Made by a program: the position numbers and the translations under genes | Assembly (NCBI GenBank): GCA_963827275.1 | Contig: CAWHAA010000005.1 | Coordinates: 704,001 to 768,000 of the forward strand | Origin: an uncultured Spirochaetota bacterium | GTDB lineage: Bacteria > Spirochaetota > UBA4802 > UBA5550 | Length of the DNA: 64,000 bases | Reading direction: 5' to 3' | Notes under the pieces: generated by a model | Told to the model about the DNA's origin: nothing | The model's database searches: none | The model's input: only the letters and a program-made list of their open reading frames with translations | In this document: positions 41,587-49,840 of the stretch, piece by piece | Numbering within the stretch: the first letter of the stretch is position 1 | Layout of the letters: each line of letters opens with the position of its first letter

Positions 41587-42444
41587 ATGATACGAAAACT
41601 CTGGAATGTAATCGGCGATATCAGGCTCTCCTTCTGGCTGCTCCTTGCCGCAGCGGCCCTGTTTTTCACCGGGTCCTTATATACATCACTCGATTTTTCC
41701 TATTTCAAAGCGATGAACGAGCTCAGGATACAGGACTGGCTGTCCCGGGAATTGCCGGCCCGTCCCGGCGCCAACTGGTGGCTGGTCCCGCTTTTTGCCG
41801 TTCTGTTCCTCCTCGGGGTGAATACCGTCATCTGTACGCTGAATCGCGTCATCGCGCTCTTTTCAGCACGCACGAAAACCGACTACCGGTTCGTACTAGC
41901 GCTCCTCCCCTCGGTGGTCCACCTCCTCTTCATCACGGTCATGCTCGGTCACGCGGTGACCATAACGATGGGGTCCTGGAACAGGCTCCCCCTGGCCGAA
42001 GGGGCCGTGCTGCAGATCGACCCGTCAGTCCCTCCCCTGACCGTGGGCACAATCAAGGACGAATTCTTCCAGGAAGGATCATTCCTCGCGAACAGGATCA
42101 GGCAGACCACGGTCCCGCTTGCCGGCGCCGGCGACGAGATACGGCTCTCCTACCTCGATTCCATCAAATATCATGGATACCGACTCCACCTCGACATGGT
42201 GAAGAAAAAAACCCCCGGCAATCATGAAAACCGGCACGCGCAGATGGCCGACAGCAAGGAGACCTGCAACAGGTCGGAAACATTCCGGTCGGGTAAGCGA
42301 ACGCGGGAGCCGGCGCAGGAGCTTTACCTCCTTGCCATTGCAGACCCGGGCCTCCCGGTAATCCTTGCCTCATTTTCGCTCATTCTTGTCATAATGACCT
42401 GGTATTTCATAGAATCAATGCGGCGTCGCGACCGGGAAGCATGA
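41587..42444 (+). CDS. ResB/CcsB-like membrane protein
   Basis: LGVNTVICT, VHLLF..LGH, periplasmic region, DPGLP before the last TM. Confidence 0.75.
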   Translation: MIRKLWNVIGDIRLSFWLLLAAAALFFTGSLYTSLDFSYFKAMNELRIQDWLSRELPARPGANWWLVPLFAVLFLLGVNTVICTLNRVIALFSARTKTDYRFVLALLPSVVHLLFITVMLGHAVTITMGSWNRLPLAEGAVLQIDPSVPPLTVGTIKDEFFQEGSFLANRIRQTTVPLAGAGDEIRLSYLDSIKYHGYRLHLDMVKKKTPGNHENRHAQMADSKETCNRSETFRSGKRTREPAQELYLLAIADPGLPVILASFSLILVIMTWYFIESMRRRDREA

Positions 42445-42540
42445 GCAGGGATACGGTTTTATCATGGCGCATTTTATGAGTTGAAAAAAATACTCGTTGT
42501 TTGTATATTTGTTACATCTCTAAATTAAGGAGGTGCGGCA

Positions 42541-42750
42541 ATGAAAATCAGCGCCCGTAACGTGATCAAGGGAACGATAACAAAGATCGTCCAGGGCTCG
42601 GTGAACAACGAGGTATACATCGGGCTCCCGGGCGGGAACGAGATCGTTTCCATAATAACAAAGACTTCGGCGAAAACGCTCGGCCTCAAGAAAGGCAAGC
42701 AGGTGTACGCGGTCGTCAAGGCCTCGAACGTGATGATCGCGGTTGACTGA
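42541..42750 (+). CDS. mop: molybdate/tungstate-binding Mop (TOBE) protein
   Basis: MKISARN, SIITKTS..LGL..G..VYAVVKASNV; AAGGAGG RBS. Confidence 0.95.
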   Translation: MKISARNVIKGTITKIVQGSVNNEVYIGLPGGNEIVSIITKTSAKTLGLKKGKQVYAVVKASNVMIAVD

Positions 42751-42752
42751 CC

Positions 42753-43658
42753 ATGCCTGAAGAATTCATGAGCACCAAAGAAGTGGCGGAGTACCTGGGG
42801 ATAAACGAGAAGCAGGTCTATGCCCTCATCAAGGCCGGGAAAATGCCCTGCACCAGGGTCACCGGGAAATGGGTGTTCCCGAAAAACATCATCGACGAAT
42901 GGATCAACAAGAACGCCAGGGGCAGCCTCAAGCCGGTCGCGACAAGCGATCGTGACCCGGGCCGCATCCTGGCGGCGGGGAGCAACGACCCGGTCCTTGA
43001 CCTCCTGATAAGCCAGAATTATGACAATGTCAATATCTTCTCCTGCAATACGGGGAGCACCGAGGGCCTCCGCCTCCTGTCCGAATCCAGGGCCGATATC
43101 GCCTGGTGCCATCTTTTTGACCCCGAAACAGGGACATACAACATACCCTACATCGAGTCGCACTTCGCGGACCGGAAGGTCGCGATGGTCCACCTGTTTT
43201 ACCGGGAGATCGGGCTCCTTGTCGCGCCCGACCATGTAAAAAGAATAAAGAAGCTCCAGGATATTTCGTCCGGTATACGGTTCATCAACCGCCAGAAGGG
43301 ATCGGGCATCCGGCTGTTCCTGGATTACCACCTGAAAAAAGCCGGCATCGATCCCGCGTCGATCACCGGGTATGATAGCGAGGTGTACACCCACTTCGAG
43401 ATAGGGCTGTCAATCCTTGCCGGCAAGGCGGACGCGGGGATTTCCTCCGTGGCGATCTCAAAGCTCATGGGGATCCCCTTTGTGCCCCTGGCCAGGGAGA
43501 GCTTCGACATGGTGCTCGGCAAGGACACCTTCTTCGAGAAGGGGATCCAGGCCTTCATCGAGACACTCCAGTCGAAAAAATTCAGGAAGACCGTGGAGCC
43601 GCTCGGCGATTACAGCTTTTCAGATTCGGGGAAAATACTCTATTCAACGGCGGGGTGA
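42753..43658 (+). CDS. excisionase-type HTH (HTH_17) plus PBP-like domain transcriptional regulator
   Basis: MSTKEVAEYL..VY..GKW; AGSND, GSTEGL, FINRQKGSG.R, GY..E..TH, ESFD. Confidence 0.9.
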   Translation: MPEEFMSTKEVAEYLGINEKQVYALIKAGKMPCTRVTGKWVFPKNIIDEWINKNARGSLKPVATSDRDPGRILAAGSNDPVLDLLISQNYDNVNIFSCNTGSTEGLRLLSESRADIAWCHLFDPETGTYNIPYIESHFADRKVAMVHLFYREIGLLVAPDHVKRIKKLQDISSGIRFINRQKGSGIRLFLDYHLKKAGIDPASITGYDSEVYTHFEIGLSILAGKADAGISSVAISKLMGIPFVPLARESFDMVLGKDTFFEKGIQAFIETLQSKKFRKTVEPLGDYSFSDSGKILYSTAG

Positions 43659-44752
43659 CCGGCCCCCTGCCTGGCGGAAAAGCCTGAAATGTAGCTTACA
43701 ATCTCACCGATATTCATGACCATGTCCGCCGCGCCGATTTTTATCGCTTCCCGCGGCATGCCGAAGACGACCGATGACGCCTCGTCCTGGGCCACCGTTT
43801 TCGATCCGGCCTCCTTCATCTCGAAAAGGCCGGCCGCGCCGTCCGAGCCCATCCCCGTCAACAGGACGCCGACCGCATTGCGCCCCGCGACCTGCGCCAC
43901 GGAACGGAAGAGCACGTCCACGGACGGCCGGTGGCGATTGACCGGCAGGCCGTCATTGATCTCCACGTAGTAGCCCCTCGCATCAGACCTGAGGAGCATG
44001 TGCCTGTTCCCGGGGGCGATGAGCGCCATGCCGGCGTAGAGCCGGTCGCCGTTCTCCGCCTCCTTCACCGCCGGCCGGGCGAACCCGTTGATCCGGTCCG
44101 CGAAGGCCCTGGTGAATTTTTCCGGCATGTGCTGCACGATAACGATGCCGGGGACATCCTCGGGCAGCCCCTTGAAAATTTCCGCGATCGCCTCGGTCCC
44201 CCCCGTGGACGCCCCCATGGCGATGACCGTGCCGCCCTGCCGCGCCGGGGGCGCCGGCTTCCTTTTGGGGAGTATGACTTCGGCGGAATATTTCTTCAGC
44301 GTATCGGCGGGGGCCCCGGTGATACGGCCGGCGGCGGGCAGGCCCCGCGGCCTCGCCTGGCTTGCCGCTATCACCTTTTCGACCAGCTCGGCGGAAAAAT
44401 CGACCTTCGCGTCATCGCTGCTGATGGCCGGCTTCAGGATAAAATCAACGGCGCCCAGCTCCAGGGCCTTCATGGTGATGCGCGCGCCCGTCTCGGTGAA
44501 GGAACTCACCATGATGACGGGCAGCGGGCGGGCGATCATGAGTTTCGAGAGGAACGTCAGGCCGTCCATGCGCGGCATCTCGAAATCCAGCGTTATGACG
44601 TCAGGGCTGTACTTCTTGATCTTTGTCACGGCGATAATGGGATCGAGCGCGGTCGCGATGACCTCGATCCGCCCCGAGCGAGAGAGCGCTTCCGTAAGGA
44701 ATTTCCGGGCGACCGCCGAATCGTCAATGACCAGGACCTTTATTTTTTTCAT
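43640..44752 (-). CDS. cheB: chemotaxis methylesterase
   Basis: receiver domain plus GASTGG, VQHMP, HRPSVDVLF, LTGMG.DGA. Confidence 0.97.
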   Translation of the reverse strand: MKKIKVLVIDDSAVARKFLTEALSRSGRIEVIATALDPIIAVTKIKKYSPDVITLDFEMPRMDGLTFLSKLMIARPLPVIMVSSFTETGARITMKALELGAVDFILKPAISSDDAKVDFSAELVEKVIAASQARPRGLPAAGRITGAPADTLKKYSAEVILPKRKPAPPARQGGTVIAMGASTGGTEAIAEIFKGLPEDVPGIVIVQHMPEKFTRAFADRINGFARPAVKEAENGDRLYAGMALIAPGNRHMLLRSDARGYYVEINDGLPVNRHRPSVDVLFRSVAQVAGRNAVGVLLTGMGSDGAAGLFEMKEAGSKTVAQDEASSVVFGMPREAIKIGAADMVMNIGEIVSYISGFSARQGAGHPAVE

Positions 44753-44783
44753 GCCCCGATCCTGGCCCCCGGCGCTTTCACGG

Positions 44784-45302
44784 TCACCGGCCTCTTTCCC
44801 GGCTCTCGCCGCGGCGGATATACTTCATGAACACCTTCCCGGTTTTTACGTCCATCAGGATCTTGCGGGCGGTGTCTCCTCCCACCTTCATTTCAACAAT
44901 CGGGATGTCTTCCATCTCGATCAGGGCCCGCGCGAGGCGCACGTTGTCCATCGGGATAGTGCTGGAATCGAGGGCGGTGTATATGACGTGACCGCCCCCG
45001 AAGATCTTGGCCACCAGGTCCCTGCGGACAGCGCCCCGCCGCTCCATCATCCCCAGCAGATCGGTTATCGCGCTGACGCCATACCGGGCCGACCCCGCGC
45101 TGAAAAGATCGTTCTTCACCATCCTTCCCGGGAGCATGAAATGGTTCATTCCCGAAATGCGGCGTACCGGGTCGTGCAGGCACACCGCCACGCATGACCC
45201 GAGCAGGGTGCCTATCATCTCGTCCTGGTCGGAAACGTGGTACTCGCCCGGCTGGATGATCGTGATATGCTTGTCAAATTGCCTTCTGTGCGGTATGTGC
45301 AT
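44784..45302 (-). CDS. cheD: chemoreceptor deamidase
   Basis: TLLGSCVAVCL, GMNHFMLP, AKIFGG. Confidence 0.93.
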   Translation of the reverse strand: MHIPHRRQFDKHITIIQPGEYHVSDQDEMIGTLLGSCVAVCLHDPVRRISGMNHFMLPGRMVKNDLFSAGSARYGVSAITDLLGMMERRGAVRRDLVAKIFGGGHVIYTALDSSTIPMDNVRLARALIEMEDIPIVEMKVGGDTARKILMDVKTGKVFMKYIRRGESRERGR

Positions 45303-45303
45303 G

Positions 45304-46152
45304 CTATACGACCTTCCTGTAAATCGTGTTGCCGATAAAGCTGAACCTGTTGGTCAGTCCGGTAAGCGTCTCGGAATGGCCCATGATCAGGTACCCGTCA
45401 TCGTTCAGGAACCTTTCAAACTTTTCGAACAGCTTCTTCCTCGACGCCGTATCAAAATAGATTATGACATTTCTGCAGAATATAATATCAAACGTTCTTT
45501 TCATCGGGTAGCAATCATCGAGAAGGTTCAGCCTGCCGAACGTTATCAGGCCGCGCACCGCTTCCGTCACCTTGAACAATCCCGCATTATCGCCGCGTCC
45601 CCTCTTGAAATACCTCCTCACGATATCGATATCCACGTTCTCCAGTTCCGCCGCGCCGAAGACGCCCGCTTCCGCCTTGCGCAGCACCTGGGTGTCGATA
45701 TCGGTCGCGAGGATCCTGACATCGGGAAACATCCTGTCCCGGAAATATTCGCGGATGCTGATCGCGATGGTATAGGGCTCCGCGCCGTTCGAGCAGCCGG
45801 CGCTCCAGATCCTGAGGGCCTTCCTGCCGGCGCGCTCGAATTCGGGCAGCGCGGTCTCCTTCATGAAGTCAAAATGCCTCGGCTCCCTGAAAAAATCGGT
45901 CTTGTTGGTGGTGATGCAGTTGATGAGATTCACTATCTCCGCATCGTAGTTGTCGGCCAGATAGCCGCAGTATGATTCATAATCGGGGATCTTGAGCTCC
46001 CGGAGCCGCTTCATGACCCGGGACTGCACAAGGGCCTTTTTCATATCGGTAAGATTGATCCCGCTCTCTTTATAGACGACCTCGCGGATGAGATTGAACT
46101 CACCGTCATTGAGCGCCCTGATTCCGGATATGGCGATCACCGCACACCTCAA
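45304..46152 (-). CDS. cheR: chemotaxis methyltransferase
   Basis: TTNKTDFFRE..HF, IWSAGCS.G.EPY, FCRNVIIYFD, GHSE. Confidence 0.97.
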   Translation of the reverse strand: MRCAVIAISGIRALNDGEFNLIREVVYKESGINLTDMKKALVQSRVMKRLRELKIPDYESYCGYLADNYDAEIVNLINCITTNKTDFFREPRHFDFMKETALPEFERAGRKALRIWSAGCSNGAEPYTIAISIREYFRDRMFPDVRILATDIDTQVLRKAEAGVFGAAELENVDIDIVRRYFKRGRGDNAGLFKVTEAVRGLITFGRLNLLDDCYPMKRTFDIIFCRNVIIYFDTASRKKLFEKFERFLNDDGYLIMGHSETLTGLTNRFSFIGNTIYRKVV

Positions 46153-46736
46153 TCAAACAGTATTACCCTGCCGTACTTCTCTTTGCTCGTGAACATGTAG
46201 GCGATATACTCGTTCTCAAGCTTCATGAACTCAGAATGATCATGGTTGTTATTCAGGAACTTTCTGTACGAGACCCCGGTCTGGGGGCAAAAGAAAATTT
46301 TTCTCCGCTGGTTGCCGCCCAGGTCCTCCCGGTGAACCTCGATTTTTTCGTAGCCGAAATATTCATGCAGGAACCGTATATTGCCGCCCGAGGTCGCGCC
46401 CATTGACCCGTTGTTGCCGAACACTCCCGCCCCATACAGGATCGCGCGCAGCGACTTCCTCGTGCTGCCCTGCTTCACCATCTCCCCCATGAGCTGCTCC
46501 ATGCAGGCGATGCCCTGCTTGGCCACCTCGTCGGCGACGATCCCCTCCGTGCCCATCGCCCCGGGAAGGATGAAGTGCCCCATCCCGCCGATGTTCCTGA
46601 TCCTGTCATGCAGGCACACCACCACGCAGGAGCCGGTAACGGTCGCAAGGAGGCTCGGGCCCGACGTTGCGAAATAATCTCCCGGGTAAAGGAGGTACAG
46701 GGTTTTCCCGAACCTGTTTGATTCGCTCCGTATCAT
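46149..46736 (-). CDS. cheD: second CheD paralog
   Basis: TVTGSCVVVCL, GGMGHFILP, EDLGG..RRKI. Confidence 0.85.
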   Translation of the reverse strand: MIRSESNRFGKTLYLLYPGDYFATSGPSLLATVTGSCVVVCLHDRIRNIGGMGHFILPGAMGTEGIVADEVAKQGIACMEQLMGEMVKQGSTRKSLRAILYGAGVFGNNGSMGATSGGNIRFLHEYFGYEKIEVHREDLGGNQRRKIFFCPQTGVSYRKFLNNNHDHSEFMKLENEYIAYMFTSKEKYGRVILFD

Positions 46737-46739
46737 GCG

Positions 46740-47252
46740 CTATTCCGTTTCGTCCTGTTCCATCGTCTTCATCTCATCGGCGGAAAATATCTCATCGATG
46801 TCGAGGAGAATGACGAGCTTTTCGTTGATCTGCCCGATCCCGGCGATAAATTGCGTGTCTATCTTCGCGGTAAAATGGGGCGTGTCGTGGATGCCGGCCT
46901 CCGGTATCCCCACAACGTCGGACACGGAATCAACGATCATTCCCACCAGCATCTTTTTTATCTCAACGATTATGATGACCGTAAACATGTCATACTGCCG
47001 CTCCTCCATGTGAAAGCGCTTCCGCATATCGACAACGGGCACGACCGATCCGCGCAGGTTGATGACGCCCTTCATGAAATCGGGGCTGTTTGGCACAAAT
47101 ACGATCCCGGTCATGCCGATAATTTCCTGGACCTTCAGCACTTCGACCCCGTAATTCTCTTCGGCAATTACAAAGGTCACGAACTGCCTGTCGGCCTGGA
47201 GGAGGCCTTCTTTCTTTCTCTCGGTTGTATCATTCAGCGCCATGGTATTCAT
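46740..47252 (-). CDS. cheW: chemotaxis adaptor
   Basis: VQEII, GVINLRG.VVPVVD, GMIVDSVSDV. Confidence 0.97.
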   Translation of the reverse strand: MNTMALNDTTERKKEGLLQADRQFVTFVIAEENYGVEVLKVQEIIGMTGIVFVPNSPDFMKGVINLRGSVVPVVDMRKRFHMEERQYDMFTVIIIVEIKKMLVGMIVDSVSDVVGIPEAGIHDTPHFTAKIDTQFIAGIGQINEKLVILLDIDEIFSADEMKTMEQDETE

Positions 47253-47330
47253 TATCTTCTTCCTCCTTGGTTCATTAATCAGTTAACATATGACATCAGC
47301 TCTAACCGGCCTTTACCGCGGGCGGTCACC

Positions 47331-47702
47331 CTAGCGGATCAACCGCTGGACGACCTTTACCATGTCCTGGTTGCTGAACGGTTTGACGATCCACCCCGAA
47401 GCGCCCGCATCCTTCCCGGCCCGTATCTTCTGTTCCTCGCTCTCCGTCGTCAGCACAAGGACCGGCGTGAACTTGTCGGTCTTGCGAAATTCGCCGATGA
47501 AGGTTATCCCGTCCATCACCGGCATGTTCACATCGACAATGCAGAGCGCCACGTCGTCCCCCTTGCCCTTGATGCCCTTTATCTTTTCAAGGGCATCCGA
47601 TCCGTTCTCCGCATTGTCCATGGGATAGCCCAGGCCCATCAGGGCGTATTCAACGCTCGTCCGTATGGTTGGGGAATCGTCTATTATCATTATATGCTTC
47701 AT
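47331..47702 (-). CDS. cheY: single-domain response regulator
   Basis: IDDS, DVNMP.MDG, LTTES, GASGWIVKPF. Confidence 0.93.
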   Translation of the reverse strand: MKHIMIIDDSPTIRTSVEYALMGLGYPMDNAENGSDALEKIKGIKGKGDDVALCIVDVNMPVMDGITFIGEFRKTDKFTPVLVLTTESEEQKIRAGKDAGASGWIVKPFSNQDMVKVVQRLIR

Positions 47703-47789
47703 ACACCCTACCTCATCTGAATACTATGCTGCCACTGACAGCGTTTAACAAAACCCGCACCCGCTTCGCGGGGGTACGCGCCGCCGCAT

Positions 47790-48050
47790 CTACCCGCCCT
47801 GTTGAATTCCCGCGTACGCCAGGAGCCGCGCCGTCGCCTCGTTCATGTTTCTGATCATGCAGTTCCCGCCTTTACGGGCGCACTCGCGCCGCAACGCGAG
47901 CAGCACCTGCACGACCGAACAATCGACCCGGTTTGCTTTTGAAAAATCAACGATGCAATCGGCTCCCGCCTCGACCGTCAACAGGGCGGTTTCATGCAGC
48001 CTCCTTGACATCTTGACCCCGACATCACCGACAAGCTTGATTGTTTTCAT
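47790..48050 (-). CDS. STAS-domain protein
   Basis: VDFSKANRVDCS.VQVL. Confidence 0.8.
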   Translation of the reverse strand: MKTIKLVGDVGVKMSRRLHETALLTVEAGADCIVDFSKANRVDCSVVQVLLALRRECARKGGNCMIRNMNEATARLLAYAGIQQGG

Positions 48051-48074
48051 GCTCCGCCCTCGCCTTCGCCTCTA

Positions 48075-49814
48075 TTAAAATATTATAACACTGTCTTTCG
48101 ACTTTTCCGAGCCCAGGTCCCTGCACAGCTCCGTCAGCAATGATTCCGCCCCGGGGCTGGCCGGCGATTCCCGGAGCCGCTGCAGCTCGGCCGTCGCATC
48201 AAACGCGGAATCGCCGTATTCGATTTCGTTATATGCATGGACAGCCGCGATGATGTCGCGGAGCGACTCCCCCGCCTCATGCAGCCCGATGGTATTGCAG
48301 TTCTCATTGTTGAACAAAAGCACCTTCTGGCAGCTGCGCCCTATCTCGTTTGAAATGTCCCAGTAATATTTCTGCGACTCGTACAGCTTGACCGAAACCT
48401 TTTTCATTGAGCTGATGCAGCCGGCCAGCACCTCCTCCTGAAGCTTGAAGTTCCCCGCGTACTGCGCGACCGCCCCCTCCATGTTTTTCCTGATGCCCTG
48501 GTACATGGAGATCGATTCCTCAAGCACGCGCTTCATTGTGTCGGGGAGGGTCATGACGGAAGTCAGGGCCCCGCCCAGCTTCCGCGACAGCACCGTATGG
48601 CGCGCCAGCTCGATCCTGGTTATCATGTTCAGCGCCTCGAAGCGGCGGATGATGTCCGAAATGGCGTTAAAGAGCATTTCAAATTCATTCAGGACGTCTA
48701 TGATAGACCCGGAGAGGCCCAGGAGCTTTCTCTTGCTTGTGATGATCTCTTCCATGTATCCTATATACTCGTCCTTCATCTCCTCAATCCGCTGATACAC
48801 CGCGTCCATCCTGTCCTGTTGATCTTCATCAGCCATTTCACCGCCCGGATTAATGCGTGCCTGGATCTCGTTGAGGAGGCCGGACAGGCGGTCGCAGCAT
48901 CCGCGGATCTCCTGATCCTGCGCCGCAACATCGCCAAGGAGGTCCGCGAGCTGTTCCGTGATGACATACATGATCGCGGGACCATAGTCATCCGATGCAT
49001 TCCGGCGCCCGTCATCCGCTTCAGCATCGCGCTCCTCAAGGTAAAACAGTATCCTTTCCATCTTCTGGCGGATAACGTCCTCCATCTGGATGTTGTTGAC
49101 GAAGCTCTTCATCGACGTTTCAAGCTCACTTGAGCTTGCGAGTATCCCGTTCACCTGTTCCGAAACCCTATGCAGCTCGCCTATCATATCATTGAATTTT
49201 ACCGAAATATTCAGCTTCATTTTTGTCAGATAGTTTTCGCCTATCACATCGATCCTGTCGCGGACGGCGTTGAACTCCTCCCGTGAAGCGTCCAGCTTCC
49301 CGAGATATTCGCTGAACCTGGCGCCGATCCCGTTCACCACCCGGGCCATCGCGCCCATCTCGCTGGAAATGCGCGCGAGGGCCTTCCCCTCGTCTCCGTA
49401 CTTCGTCGATATGATCAGCATGTTCTCGGAATAGATATCGATCTCGTCGATGAGGCCGAGGATCATGTCCACGCTCTTCTTGAGGCCGAGCACCTCCTCG
49501 ATCGCGGACGAGACGTCGCTGTTGACAACATCGTCGCCCGCCATTATCGACACGGCCCGGTTGATGGCGGAGTCAAGGTCCTTCCTGCTCGGCTCCACGA
49601 CATCGCCGATGAAACTCTCGCCGGAGGCGTTGTTGTCCGCGGGATAGAAATACCTCGCGTAGGGCGTTATCATCATCCTGAAATCGCCCATGTGACGCGT
49701 CGTTGTTACGATAAAGCTTCCCATGTCCTCGTAAATTTTCGACACCTTCCCCTTCAGATCGCCGAGGGTCTGTCTGACATCGGAAAGCCTTATTTCTGCC
49801 GTCACTCCCGCCAT
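48075..49814 (-). CDS. soluble coiled-coil MCP-like chemotaxis protein with degenerate tip
   Basis: helical repeats, IQMEDVIRQ, ALNMITRIELAR; lies inside the che operon. Confidence 0.75.
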   Translation of the reverse strand: MAGVTAEIRLSDVRQTLGDLKGKVSKIYEDMGSFIVTTTRHMGDFRMMITPYARYFYPADNNASGESFIGDVVEPSRKDLDSAINRAVSIMAGDDVVNSDVSSAIEEVLGLKKSVDMILGLIDEIDIYSENMLIISTKYGDEGKALARISSEMGAMARVVNGIGARFSEYLGKLDASREEFNAVRDRIDVIGENYLTKMKLNISVKFNDMIGELHRVSEQVNGILASSSELETSMKSFVNNIQMEDVIRQKMERILFYLEERDAEADDGRRNASDDYGPAIMYVITEQLADLLGDVAAQDQEIRGCCDRLSGLLNEIQARINPGGEMADEDQQDRMDAVYQRIEEMKDEYIGYMEEIITSKRKLLGLSGSIIDVLNEFEMLFNAISDIIRRFEALNMITRIELARHTVLSRKLGGALTSVMTLPDTMKRVLEESISMYQGIRKNMEGAVAQYAGNFKLQEEVLAGCISSMKKVSVKLYESQKYYWDISNEIGRSCQKVLLFNNENCNTIGLHEAGESLRDIIAAVHAYNEIEYGDSAFDATAELQRLRESPASPGAESLLTELCRDLGSEKSKDSVIIF

Positions 49815-49840
49815 GGATGCTTACCCTTTCTTCACCATCA

